Shown here: piece by piece, positions 25,531 through 38,065 of the stretch | Layout: each line of letters opens with the position of its first letter | How positions within the stretch are numbered: position 1 is the stretch's first letter | NCBI GenBank assembly: GCA_002633005.1 | Contig: NMRA01000247.1 | Location: forward strand, 49,128 to 113,127 | DNA from: Phoronis australis | Taxonomy: Eukaryota; Animalia; Phoronida | DNA: 64,000 bases | Reading direction: 5' to 3' | Program-made: the position numbers and the translations under genes | Notes under the pieces: model-generated | What the model was told of the DNA's origin: nothing | Database searches by the model: none | The model's input: the letters and a program-made list of their open reading frames with translations, nothing else

Positions 25531-25958
25531 AACTGATGTTCATAGAATTAGCCATTAACATGGATAAACTGTATTTTATTACTTTAACTGTAGTGTAACA
25601 ATCACTGATCAATAAATGGTATTGAAACATCACAACCAAATTTCTAGTTTACCTTGAATATGCATCAAACTTACTTCAGATTGAGGGTTTTGTACATTTA
25701 GTACAACAGTCTAGCAACGCTTTTATAAACCTTCAGTTTACAAGTTTGTATTTGGTAACCTCAAGGTTTTAACATGATTAAAATCTTGAGGTTAAAACTT
25801 GGTCCAAATCGATAATTATATGAAAGCCAAAAATATAACTTTTATACATGACCTTTGCTTTCCTTTGGATGAGGTCTAAAACTCTCGACATTAACCAATT
25901 CCTAGAGATAAAAACTTATGCTAAGCATTTATCGGTAATGACTTTCATGTATCGGTAC

Positions 25959-26112
25959 CGTCAATAGATGGCAGCAACTCCTCGTAAGGTGGAGGTTCTG
26001 GCAGTGGTGAGCGCTGAGCATGTCGAGCCATCATTCCGCGAAATGGAACTGTTCCCACAACAATGGGCAAATTGAGTGAAAGATTGTAGGAGCCAGGTAT
26101 GTTGACCGCAAG
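25959..26112 (-). CDS. ARRDC: Alpha-arrestin exon 7
   Basis: ctccacag acceptor; encodes LAVNIPGSYNLSLNLPIVVGTVPFRGMMARHAQRSPLPEPPPYEELLPSID (end of Arrestin_C, PPPY). Weak donor G|GTACCG fits the phase of the next exon. Confidence 0.92.
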
Positions 26113-26354
26113 CTGTGGAGGAGAAAAATTACATAAATGGGGAAGTTCCCAAAAACTGTCCTGTGATTAATGGTAAAGGAAAATAGCACATCATATTTTA
26201 ACTAGGTCTTAACATATTCATCATACATTCAACCTGAAAGCAATCAAATTTTGCAGGTAAAGAATTGTTGTTTCTCAAAATGTTGCACATAAATTAACAT
26301 TTCTCACACCACTGAAGTGTGATTCCAGTGCAGTGTAAATTATCAAAACTGTTT

Positions 26355-28498
26355 GCAAGAGGAATACGGAGTGTTGAAAATGCACCCATGACTGCAATTA
26401 TGCAAATGGTTTGCTTCTAGTGTCAAAAAATGGCTACTACCGGTAAGTAGCACAGAATACCACAAGTCCATCCCGAAATGGAAAGATGTTAATGCTATCA
26501 TAACAGAAACTTGTTTCCCAAATTGCAATATCGTAAAAACTGCCAAAGAACTCTGAAGATACAAAGGCAAACGTAAACACTAAATTTGCCACTACAGGGG
26601 TATACAGTTGTACACTAGTTAGAACCATCCAAAAGCCATAACCAGCCATAGTCATATTTACATTAACACTAGCAAAATTTCGCAAAGACCCTTCAAAGGA
26701 CTAAGGAGATATAACCGAGGCTGCAGTTGTTACATCCATCCAAAAACTGGCGTATTCTTATCAGGAATATATCTGCTAAGACACAAAAACTAAAACTGCT
26801 ACTAGGAGCACAGCTGCAGTAATCGACTGGGTCAGTACCTAGTCATATTATGTTGTCAGCTCCATAGGTACATGCCAAATTTCACAAAGATTCTACAATG
26901 GGTTAAGAAGACATGGACGTAGTCAAAAAACGCCACATCAAAGTAGTCAAATCAGTTCGAATATCACATCAGCTACGGCTTTCTCATCAGAAACACATCT
27001 GCAAATTTTCACAATAATCCAAGCAGTTTGGCAGATAGAGAGGTGGATGCCAAAACTCAAAACTGTTAAAAATCCCCACTGGAGAGTGCACAATATGTCA
27101 AGTCTCTCTGAAAGTGGGAAGGCCGTCACTTTAATAGAAACCGTCGGATTGACCTGAAACTCGTCCTCATCCATTTTCAGCTACATAGGAACACATATGC
27201 TAAATTTCAAAGTTTTTACAAAGTCTTAAGGAGATAGAGCCACGGAAAGATGCAAAAAAAAACAATCCACACTAGGGTGCACTACAGTAGTAGAACACAT
27301 CTAAAAATTTATGTTAAAGCTGCAGCCTTCCCATTAGAAGCACACCTGCCAATTTCTATAATGGTATTACAGAGTGACACCTATGGGTCAGGTCACAGAC
27401 TAATAAAGTAATGAACAGACATATTTTTCGTTTCTCATTGTTTTGATTATTTGTTACCATTCTATAACGTGGTGTCAGGAGTAGCAGGTGTCAAAGGAGG
27501 GAATAGTGACCGGAGTTGTCAAACCGGAGTGTTTTCTGCGGTTAACAGATTGGTCAAGTTTAGAAAATACCGGTACACATATCAACTTTTACGTCTCTTC
27601 ACTCTAAACTGTGGATTCTCAAAGCGTCTGCAGGTGCCTGGTCGAGTGCACTAGAGAATATTGCATCACTTATCGCTAGGACCGTTCGAGTCCCACTGGG
27701 TCACACTGCTAAACCATTGAGTCAGATTTCTAGCTCCTCAGCTTGGTTGTAACTATATATTAATAAAGCATAAAAATGGTTTCAGGTATTGTTCAGTCTG
27801 AAATTGGATGACGGAGCACAAAAGCTAAGTTGAAGTATGATAAAACTAAAAGCGCGCGTGACTTGCATGGTTTATTCTAAGCTGTCCCTTCGTAATCGTG
27901 GTGCACCATAGACACTTGGTAGGGTTGCATAGGTCTTATATAATAGGCACTCCTAACAGAGATGACATTTGTTTTCAGTTAGCTGGTGTATTCTCGTTCA
28001 ACAATTAGGAAACAGTGAGGGTGTTGTTATAAGCTGACACCTACGGGTCAGGTCAAGAGCCAATTAAGCTGTGAGCAGACACGTTTGTCGTTTCTCGCTG
28101 TTTTGATTACTTGCTACCATTATAAGCAATGTTCCTTCAAGCAATTTGAAAGCTACAAAGGCCGAAGCCAACAAAGGACTCAAAAACAAATTTTTAAAAT
28201 GGCAACTAGTTGACATAGAATAGTCGAACATATCTGAAAATAGAAAGTTGTAATCGTCAAACAGAAATCTAATATATATAAAATTTTATGAAAATCCATC
28301 CAAGAAGTCCGAAGATGCAGTGGTAACCGTAACTTGCCACTAGGGGAAACCCTGGTAGTCGGATCACTCCAAAATTCAACTTTATAAGAACAAACTCAAC
28401 AAATCTCTTAAGGATCCTGCAAGGAGTTAAGGAAATTCAGACAATGGAGGCCCAGACAGAAATGACAGCAATATGAACCCACTAATATGTGAGTGCAT
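26355..28498 (-). mobile_element. Old diverged HINE copy interrupted by an LTR mini-element
   Basis: Degraded 3' end near 26355-26390, degraded 5' end (cccactaatatgtgagtgcataaaaa) near 28478-28503, internal ccactaggg units. Confidence 0.65.
27362..28128 (+). mobile_element. TRIM-like miniature LTR retroelement
   Basis: ~107-bp direct repeats at 27362-27468 and 28022-28128; PBS-like TGGTGTCAGGAGT at 27470; purine tract aggaaacagtgaggg before the second repeat; AATAAA in the first repeat. TSD not clear. Confidence 0.72.
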
Positions 28499-29049
28499 AA
28501 AAATGAACATGTCTGGTAATGTCAGAATTAGAGAGTCTCACCAGGATTTGACTCTATTAGACAGAGAAGAAACAAATAGGGAGAAGTGGTTAGTGCCGTG
28601 AGTTTTATAGGCAGCAAAGAAATGCACTTGACATAACTAGTATGCCAAGCCCAATGCTGGCAAAAGAGTCACAGTCTTGAAACTTTCTGATTTGCAAGTC
28701 AGGTTGAAACATAGGAAATCTGTGCCTGCTAGTAATCGGACAAAGTTCAAATCTCCTTGAGAAAACCAAACACCTACAGTCCCCACAGAATTGAATAACG
28801 GCGAAGCTCAGAAGTAAAATAAGGCAACTACCATCGTCAACAAATTACACATGAGAAAACAATAGCCATTTTAAAACTTACCTGATCTGTCCAGTTTGGT
28901 AGTCGGGGATAAAAGGTTGTATTTCAAATGGTAAAAACCTCGAAAAAGAACGCTTTGAGAAGTACTTCAACAATATAGTGTGCTCGTCACAATAACAATT
29001 GACTATAGTCACAAAAATGTGTTGAAATTCAATCCTACAGTCTCATTAC

Positions 29050-29165
29050 CTTTATATAATACTCCACTTTGATGATACAGCAGTTGAGAATAGACGGCGA
29101 CACAGCCGGAATCTTCAACAACTGAGCATCCCAAACTGCACGACTGCCAGCCGACACAGGTAACC
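29050..29165 (-). CDS. ARRDC: Alpha-arrestin exon 6
   Basis: tacag / gtaatg; encodes (G)LPVSAGSRAVWDAQLLKIPAVSPSILNCCIIKVEYYIK; phase 1-0. Confidence 0.96.
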
Positions 29166-30679
29166 CTGTATAGAGGGTAAGCACAGTTAAAGCTACATAG
29201 TGTTTTTACAGAAATAGCTTGGCATTAAAACAGAAACAAAGCTAAGAATATACACAGTTACTGAAATAATTTATACAAATTATTTTTAAACTGCAATCAA
29301 CTCATAATTACTAGGCTCAACCTTTATTCAGCAAAACACCTAATTTCTAAGTCCAAGCAGTTTTACTTAAACACATGAAGGGCATTCCACTTGCACACAG
29401 TCAGGGCCGTCACTGAACTGAAAGGAAAGAAGCATGTACCTTTTAAAAGGGGAATTTTCATGGTGTTTTATACTGGCTGTGTTTTATACCAAGAGGTTAA
29501 TTCTTGATTTTTTTACTTAAAGGATACTTTTTATGACGTTTATTCACTGCACTAGCACTGCTTTTTATGACAATACTCTTTATACTTTCACAAATACATG
29601 TAAGCAATTTAAGTTAAACTATAAAAAGTAAGTTACTGTTACATCCACCATTTATCTATTCTATAAGCCACTGAAGATGACCTGTTATCACTGGCATAGC
29701 TGATTCATCAGCCTTCAACGTCCAAATGTGATGTATTACCGCTGTCACACTGCTTGGCTTAAGAAGGCAATACCCAGACTATGGTTCATTTTCATAGAAG
29801 CACAGAACAAAGGAGATGTTAGTAAATACCCATCAGGGAAAATAAGTTTCAAAACTAGCTAATGAGTATGCCAACAGTACTAACACCTTGAAGATAAAGT
29901 GACTTAAGTTATGTTTGTAAGGAACAAACCCCTACTTCACAGTACCACAGAACAAACTTTGCTGGCAGAGTAATAAATGGTTTCAGCTAAACAGTGTTTC
30001 TAATTTCTCACAACACATCCTCAAATTTGACCATTCAGTCATTGTTCCATCTCAGTGAATACACAAGAAGAGCAATGGTTAACTGTTCTTAGCTGACAGT
30101 GTTTTTAACCCCAATGTCAAGTGAATAATCCTGAAGAATTAGTTGTTCAGGTGTAGTCTACATGAGACTGCATCTGAAGAGAGCACAGCAAGTTCATCAG
30201 TGAAAAGACACCCTCCTGTGTGTTTCTATGCTATGTTGCAGAGCTTTTTGTAATTATCTTCTTGTAGAACTTGTTTGGGTTCCCTTTTGAGCCGCAGATC
30301 AACAGTTGTTTTTTAATTTTGTGTTTTCCACATGCGAGAGTGAAATAAATGCCAAACTGGTTCTAGCACACCTGCATGTATGTGGCACTTGCTTTAAGGA
30401 ATCCAGTTTGTGACGTTTCCGGTGTCTGGCAGGCTCATTAAACTCAGATGGTTTGAATGTGACATATTTAGGTTGCCTGAGGTGAAAACCATGAGGGAAA
30501 TTTTTTGATCGTTTACAGGGGAATGTTTTGACCAGATGAGGGGAATTTTATATTTTCATATTTCTGAGAGAGGAATGGGAGCCCAATCGGCCCACAGCAC
30601 CAAAGTCGGTTAATTCTGAACCCATAGAAAAGTTGTTCAAAGGTGGTCATTAAGGTTTCTCATCCCTGTGTTTCTTTAC

Positions 30680-30820
30680 CTGTGAGAACATTAAACTTGG
30701 ACGTCCTCATACGGGCCTTGCCATTAGCATAGAACGTCTGATTTTGGTGAAGGCTAGCATATGGGATTACTGTCCTTGAAGAATGGTTCTCAAAGTCTGC
30801 TGATATGGCTACAGATTCAC
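30680..30820 (-). CDS. ARRDC: Alpha-arrestin exon 5
   Basis: ttgtag / gtaaag; encodes (G)ESVAISADFENHSSRTVIPYASLHQNQTFYANGKARMRTSKFNVLT(G); phase 1-1. Confidence 0.96.
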
Positions 30821-31147
30821 CTACAACCAGTAAAAAGAAAAAGTCAGCAAGTTCCATGATATTCATAGCTCAAGCAATCTCCCAGTAACATGCCGTCTGG
30901 TTAACCTCTGTTCAGTTACACTGACAAAACCACTTTTATTACGTACAACCATTACTACTTGGATATTAAAGTATCTCGTTCACCTTGAGAATTTCATCAA
31001 ACACCGATTCATCACAATGGCATCCATATTTTGGGTTTGTAACAAAAGATTTACACACAAGACTACTTATCAAGATAGGAACTTTGGCATTTTACTCATG
31101 GTCTTCTCAACACATGCCATTCTTAAGGGATGTTCACACCTGCTCAC

Positions 31148-31250
31148 CTGCACAAAAACCCTGTCTATCAGTCCTGGCACTGATGGAAATAGGTCCCGAG
31201 GTACACACCCAGCAGCAGAGAGTCTTTTCAATACTCTTCTCAACTGGTAA
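31148..31250 (-). CDS. ARRDC: Alpha-arrestin exon 4
   Basis: ctgtag / gtgagc; encodes LPVEKSIEKTLCCWVCTSGPISISARTDRQGFCA(G); phase 0-1. Confidence 0.96.
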
Positions 31251-32039
31251 CTACAGAGAATAGTGATAGATTACATACAATTAGAGTAACACACGTTGTG
31301 CACAGAAACATCAATCCCAGAAAACTGGCATGCACAGTGAGTTTTCAAAATAAATTGGACCACCATGAAATTAACCAAAGTCTTGTCACACAAAACTGCG
31401 AATACTATTCTGTTCATTTTTAAAAGATTATGGCTAAATCTCACCAGAATCTCAACAGGTGTTGCTCTCTTCCCCATTGTCAAAATTGCGACGACTCGCG
31501 ACGCAAGTACATCAAAAAATATGATAATTAGCAGCTAGGCCCACCAACATCACATTAACCTATGATGAAAATTCAACAACAATTAGAGCAATGCGGAGCG
31601 TTGAAATGTGCCCACGAATGCACTGCTAACGGTGTGCTTCTAGTGGTTTTCTTTGGAACATAAAAATTGCAACTAGACGGCGCAAAATACGTCGAATCCG
31701 TCTGAAAACTTGTGTCATCAAAGCTATACCAAATTTCATAAAAATCCGTCAAAGAACTTCTGAGAAAACAAAGGAAAATGAAAAAATGAAATTGCCACTA
31801 AGAGGCTATAAGCCCAAAATACATAACTGCTAACAGGCGCCAAAGTAGATAAAGTCATTGGAATATCAAAGTCGGACTTCCTCTTCACATTAGGAACATA
31901 ACTGCCAATTTCCACAACCATCCTTAGAGTGGTTTGGATGACAGACGGGCAGACGTCAAATAACAAGATTCGAAAACAGTAAAAATGGCCACAAGGTGGC
32001 GCAAAATGCCTCAAATTTTATCAAAATCCAGATGATAGC

Positions 32040-32437
32040 TGTAAGATACTTCACGTTTGTTTGCTCCGGGTGGCTCATGGTCACGTGTATATTCATGGCT
32101 GAATAGACTGAATGTAATTTGCATGTGACCTGACCCTCATTTGAGTATGAACTGTTGTGTGCTGACTCGATTTACTCACATTGTGGCAGTGCATATTTGG
32201 CGTCAGTGAGGAGAGCCAGGGAGCGGCAGTATTGAGGTATTTTTCATGGTATTTTCGTATTTGGTATTTCCGAATTTGCATTTTGTCTGTATCTGTGAGG
32301 TTTGCTATGCATTTTGTTTTTTATTTTTAGAACTGAAACAGAGAAGAACTGTGAGAATGTCAATGAGAAATGTTTCACGTCTCTCAATAAAGCACTCTTA
32401 AACGGTATTAACTCCTCTTGACTTGCCAAAACTCACA
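32040..32437. mobile_element. Solo LTR (398 bp)
   Basis: TGTAAG...CTCACA ends, perfect 5-bp TSD ATAGC, AATAAA near 32386. Confidence 0.82.
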
Positions 32438-32739
32438 ATAGCGTCACCTCACTAATAGATACCTAACTCCCAAATTTCATGAAAATATATTGACGACCTT
32501 TAAAGACACAGAGATAAAACGTAAAAAAATGATATTGCCACTAGGGGGCACATCGGTAGACCTATCCGTCCAAAAGTCGTCATCCTCTGTTGTCAACTTC
32601 ATATAAATACACCAGCAAAATTCAATAAAGATCCTGTAGAGCATTTAGGAAATACAGCCATGGGCGCAAAACCAAACATAACTGCCACTAGGAGGCACCA
32701 TAGTAGACCAAGTCATCGGAAAATCACATCATCAGCCGG

Positions 32740-33641
32740 TGTCAGAATAAATATTGATTAAGTAATTAGTAAGAATAGATCCATTTTAAGTAACCCAAAA
32801 TTTGTGCATATGTACTTTTAAATCATGGGGTCAGACTTGTTGACATGTACTTTAACGTCAAAATCTATTTTTAAATGGTGTTTACAACTTTGGGTTCAGG
32901 GGTCAAATTACTCTAGAGATTCTAGAAAATTCTGAGAACGAACTATAACAGCCAATGATATTGATTGGATATGATTATGTGGTTTTTATTAACCAATCAC
33001 TAAATAAGTAGAATATTATAATTTGAGCTTAAGTCAACAAGACATTCAGATGCGTTCATAGTAGTTGAAGCATAAAGACTTGCTACAGTGTACAGAGGAA
33101 ACTGTACAACAAAGCCATCTCATGGAAGATTCTAGAAAGGATCTTGGCAAGGGCAAGGGTTAACGAACAGGAAGTTAACCAAGAACTTGTCACTTGCAGC
33201 ATGGGTAGTAAGATACTACCTGAAGTGTTGCGTCACCAGCCAGAGACTGTGACCAGCAAGAAGAATCGCTGGTAGAAGAAATTGTCTGCAAGTGTTGCAT
33301 CACCATAGACAGTGACAAACAAGTACACTGTCGCCATACAGTGTGTGTAGTTCGAAGATTCACCAACAGGACAGACATCCAGCAAGTGGAGAGTCCTAGC
33401 TTGGATGGCAGACAAGACATTTGATTGTTTTGGTTGATTGATTGAAGTAATCTTTAAAGAGGGCGCTAGCGTAGTTACTCTTCTTTGTAGTTGATTACTT
33501 AATTAATATTAAGTTTCAGTTGCCTAATCAGGGGTTATCATATAATCAATAAATTACTGGCTTTGATTATTCACTCTCCATCTACGCACAATCTCAAAGC
33601 TTAGCTACCTTTTAAACAAACCTACAGTCAATCGTCTGACA
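32740..33641. mobile_element. Solo LTR (902 bp)
   Basis: TGTCAGA...TCTGACA ends, TSD GCCGG/GCCGC, AATAAA near 33548. Confidence 0.78.
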
Positions 33642-34914
33642 GCCGCCCTTTTCACAGTAAAAACATATATGCAAATTTTCAAAATCATCACTAGACCGGT
33701 TTGCTTGATAGAACGGCAGACGCCAAAAAACAGACTCGAAAACAGTAAAATGGCCACTAGGTGGAGCAAAGTACCTCGAATCCATCCAAAAATGGGAGGA
33801 TAGCATTATCTTACTAATAGGTGCCTAACTGCCGAATTTTATGAAAATCCCTTGAGGAACTCCGAAGACACAGAGGTAAGCGTAAAAATCTAAAATAGCC
33901 ACTAGGGGACACACCGGTAGTCAGAGAGGTCCGAAATTTGTTGTCATCTGTTGCCAGCTTCATAGGAACATAGCTGTTGAATCTTATCAAGATTCTGTGA
34001 GGGTTTAAGAGATACAGTTGCGGATGCCGGGCGGCCAGACAGAGATGACGCCAACATGCGACCACATATAAATAAGTGGTCGCATAAAACGCTACAATTG
34101 CCATATAATCTTGGCAGGATACTAAAATCCAAGTTTGACTGGGGGGGCAGATGTTGTATTTTATCAACTTGGTCAGGCAGGTTAACTTGACCAGATTCCG
34201 TAGAACATTTGTTTAAGGGGCGTGGCTTGGTGACACTAGATTTAAAGTTTCATTGTGCGAGACTATCTAGGTGCAACAATTCAGTAAAAGATTAAGCAAA
34301 CATTCTAGACGATGAGGAGGTGCTATCATGTGTCAACAGTGTTGACAGACCTGAAAAGCGTGGGAATAGCCAATCGAAGTTTAACAGTCTCTACTTTGTG
34401 CTGAGACAGTGGGAGAAACCATCAAGATTGGGAAATGACTTCATGTTCCTCTAGAGTCAGCCATGAGACCACTGAGACGACTATCTACTGCAGCAATAAA
34501 CATTACTTCCATAACAATGAAAGCTCAGAGGAGCGACACTTAAAGAAATTGACTGAACAGATGACAATGGAGATGATGATGACAATCATATGACGAATGA
34601 AGAAGTCAGATATGAGTAAGAAATAAGCTATAGTCTTGTTCAACATAAGGTAAACCAAAAAATCAGTTAACATAGGAACAGCTTTATCAGGAAACCTCGA
34701 ATAATAGCTATGCATCGTAGCAAAAAATGAAAAACTTCTTCCAAAAGCCCGCTAAAAACTACCCAGCGATTTAGTTTCACAATATTCTACGAAAATTTCG
34801 AAAAATGTCAAATTTTGTATTTTTTGAAATTCCAAGTAAAATAACTCAAAAACGGCAAGTCTAAAAAAATTGATACAGCTCATTTGAAAGAGTACACCTA
34901 AAAGACTTGACATC

Positions 34915-36598
34915 CAACAGCATTGAAATGCGCCCACGAATGTATCGCAAATGGTGCTATTAGGGTTATTTATTTGTATCATAAAAATGGCCACAAGATA
35001 GCGAAAAAAATGTACAGTCTATCCAAAAACGGGAACACGCCATATTCCATAAAAATCTGTCAAGGAACTTCAGAGAAACAAAGGAAAACAGAACAAAATG
35101 AAATTGCCACTTGTGGGCACAGCGTCCGTTCCATCCGCTTGAAAGTCGTCATCTGTTATCTTCATATAAATTCACTTACTAAACTTAATAAAGATCCTGT
35201 AGTGAGTTTTGGAGATACAGCTATGGGCGCAAAACAACACAAAACTACCACTAGGAGGCACCACAGTTGTCAGTCACCATCATCAAACGTCCTCTTCACA
35301 CTGAAAACATGTACGGCAATTTTCAAAACCATCCCTAGAATGATTTGGTTGATCGAGGGATGGATGCCAAAAACAAAATTTGAAAAGAGCAAAAATAGCC
35401 ACCAGGTGGTGCAAAATACCTCGATTCCATCCAAAAACAGGATGACAGCATCATCTCACCAATAGATGCCTATATTCAAAATTTTATGAAAATCTGGTGA
35501 GGACCTTTGAAGATACAGACTGGTAAACATAAAAAACTAAAATTGCCACTAGGATGCACACCAGAAGTCAGATCCGTCCGTTGTCTTCCATTGTCAACAT
35601 CATATAAACACAATTGCAAAATCAAGTAAAGATCCTGCAAACGGTTTAATAGATACAGCCATGAGCACAAAAAATGCCACTAGGAGGTGCCACAGTAGTC
35701 AAACTCATCGGAAAATCGTCTTCAGCGGTCCATTTCATAGTAAAAACATACATGCAAATTTTCACAATTATCCTGAAAGCCATTTGGTTGATAGATGAGT
35801 GGATGCCTCAAAACAGACTCGAAAACAGTAAAAATGGCCACTAAGTGGCGCAAAATAGGTCGAATCCATTTGAAAACGGACAGCTAGCGTCACCACATTA
35901 ACAGATGCCTGTATGCCAAATTTTATGTAAATACGTTGAGGACCTTTGAACATACAAAGATAAACGTAAAAAAAAACTTGCCACTAGGTGGCAAACCAGT
36001 AGTCAGATCCGTCTGAAAGTCGTCGTCCTCTGTTGATAACATCATATAAATACACTTATTAAATCTAGTAAAGATACTGCGAACGGTTTAGGGAATACAG
36101 CCATAGGCGCAAAAAACAAAACTGCCACTAGGAGGCACCACGGTAGTCCAAGTCATCGGAAAATCATCGTCAGCCATCCACTTTATAGTAAGAACATGCC
36201 AATTTTCACTATCATCCTTTGAGCAGTTTCATTGATAGAGGGGTGGACTCGAAAACAATAAAAATGGCCACTAGGTGGCGCAAACTACGTCAAATCCATC
36301 TGAAAAAGCGTCATCTTGCACACAGGTGCCCATATACCAAATTTTATGAAAATCTGTTCAAGACTTTTGAAGATACAGAGGTAAACGTAAAAAAATAAAA
36401 TTGCCACTAGGGGGCACACCGGTAGTCGGATCTGTCCGAAAGTTCGCTCATGCCGTCCCATCCACGGAAGGAACACATGTGCAAAATTTCATGACCATAA
36501 GTCAAGGCGTTTTGGAGATAGAGCAGCGGACGCCGGCCACCAAACAGACGGACGGAGATGACGGCATAATGCGTCCAAATATAAATATGTGGGCGTAT
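34915..36598 (-). mobile_element. HINE near-full-length copy
   Basis: 3' subTIR at about 34928 (terminal hairpin eroded), 5' end at 36598, complete internal array. Confidence 0.88.
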
Positions 36599-36973
36599 AA
36601 AAATTCACCTCATTTGCTCTTCCTGTTGAAAATGGCACCCCAGCACGATTGAAAACGGGTGGAAATTCGCCAGATCCACCATGTTAAAAGCAACTTACAG
36701 TAAAGTAGAACTTGATAAAAGCTAGTCACAGGAAACTAACACAATCACGAAAAATTTCAAAACAATTGGTCGTACAATGTGCCCTCTGCAGGACAAAATG
36801 TTTTCATCCCGAAATCAAGATGCACATGAGCCAGTGCCGGCACATTTGTAGCACACATCTGGCACTATAACAGTACTGATTTTCAGCCATGTAGGTAAAA
36901 AAAGCAGCCTGCATGAACATTCCAATCTAAAATCAAAAACAAAATGGCCACCTTGTCTGCCATCTTAGATCTG

Positions 36974-37374
36974 GGCCCGGTCTCCAATCTTTTTACTCGA
37001 AATGGAACTCAAAATTAGGTTCGGCATTTTCTACTCTAACTTTGGGCGAACTCAAGATAAGTGTCTATTATTCTATGCTCGAGTACACAATAACTTACGT
37101 AGATAATTTATTGCCCTTAGTTCACAGTTTGTAAACCCAATATTAAAGCAATAAGTTCGAGTTTGAACTCGAAATTTCGAGTTTTTACTCGAGTTTGTAG
37201 GACGAATATAAGGGTCTTCAAGGGCAAACTTGACCTAGAAACTCCTATGCATAAACTACAATGTATTCGAGCACAGTCAGATAACCAATTATCTTAAGTT
37301 CGCACAAAAGGAGCAGAGAAATTGCCAAAAATAGTTTTGAGTTCGTTTCGAGTACAAAGATTAGAGACCGGGCC
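36974..37374. mobile_element. PIF/Harbinger-type MITE
   Basis: Long imperfect TIRs (GGCCCGGTCT.CAATCTTT.TACTCGAAA..., over 100 bp); 3-bp TSD CTG (CWG type). Confidence 0.82.
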
Positions 37375-37828
37375 CTGATCATGACGAAAAACAGGTTCCA
37401 GCTCTTTTAGAGCTACAGGTTGTGTAAATTTCATGCAGACTAGAAGAAAATTGTGACTTGTATTTTACTAAAAAACAAAAAAATAGCATCAGAGCAACAA
37501 TTCACCAAGTAAAAATCATCTTTGATTTTGGCCAATTGTCACTATGAAATTGATCGGACTGTTCCTTGGTCAAATTTGAGATGATTTCAAGGCTTTGAAA
37601 GATCTGATGGATCATTACCAGGCTAAACTAGCTGGCTTGTCAATGCTTGTCATTTTATACGCCCAGTAGAGTTTCGTGCAATAACAAACTGTTAGTTCAT
37701 GAAAGCCTAGACGTCACTTCAAATCTGTTTAAGAAACAACTCAAGACCTATTCTTCCTCATCTAATTCAAATGTTTGCTTCTTGGTAGAAGCCTTATGGT
37801 TACACAGCTCTACAGTGGAGTCACTCAC

Positions 37829-37976
37829 AAGATACTGCGGTTGATTAATGTCTACTGGATTGATGACAGTGAACGCCTTCTTGGTCTTGCTGTTAAAGCC
37901 CCACAATTTCTCTAAGTCAGCCTTTAGCCAGTAGCGGATGTTGCCATGTTTACCCTCAAACGATGTAGATATCCCG
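37829..37976 (-). CDS. ARRDC: Alpha-arrestin exon 3
   Basis: tttacag / gtgagt; encodes GISTSFEGKHGNIRYWLKADLEKLWGFNSKTKKAFTVINPVDINQPQYL; phase 2-0. Confidence 0.96.
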
Positions 37977-38065
37977 CTGTAAAACGTAAAATCGATACAC
38001 AGTTTTAATAACAAGCACAAAGCTGGGGCGTTGACATCCGTTGCATACAATATGTTTCTAGAGGT

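Larger units (their letters stand above)
31583..34085 (-). mobile_element. HINE copy split by two solo LTRs
   Basis: 3' end near 31583, 5' end at 34085; the host sequence reads through when both inserts are removed. Confidence 0.82.

Noticed and set aside
28882-28940. Strong CAG|gtaagt donor on the - strand just after ARRDC exon 6
   Set aside because: The only nearby acceptor is an atypical GAG, the frame hits a stop at once, and exons 6 and 7 already join cleanly.
34099-34516. Possible third solo LTR (AATAAA then ...CATAACA)
   Set aside because: The 5' end is not a convincing inverse of the 3' end and no TSD was found.
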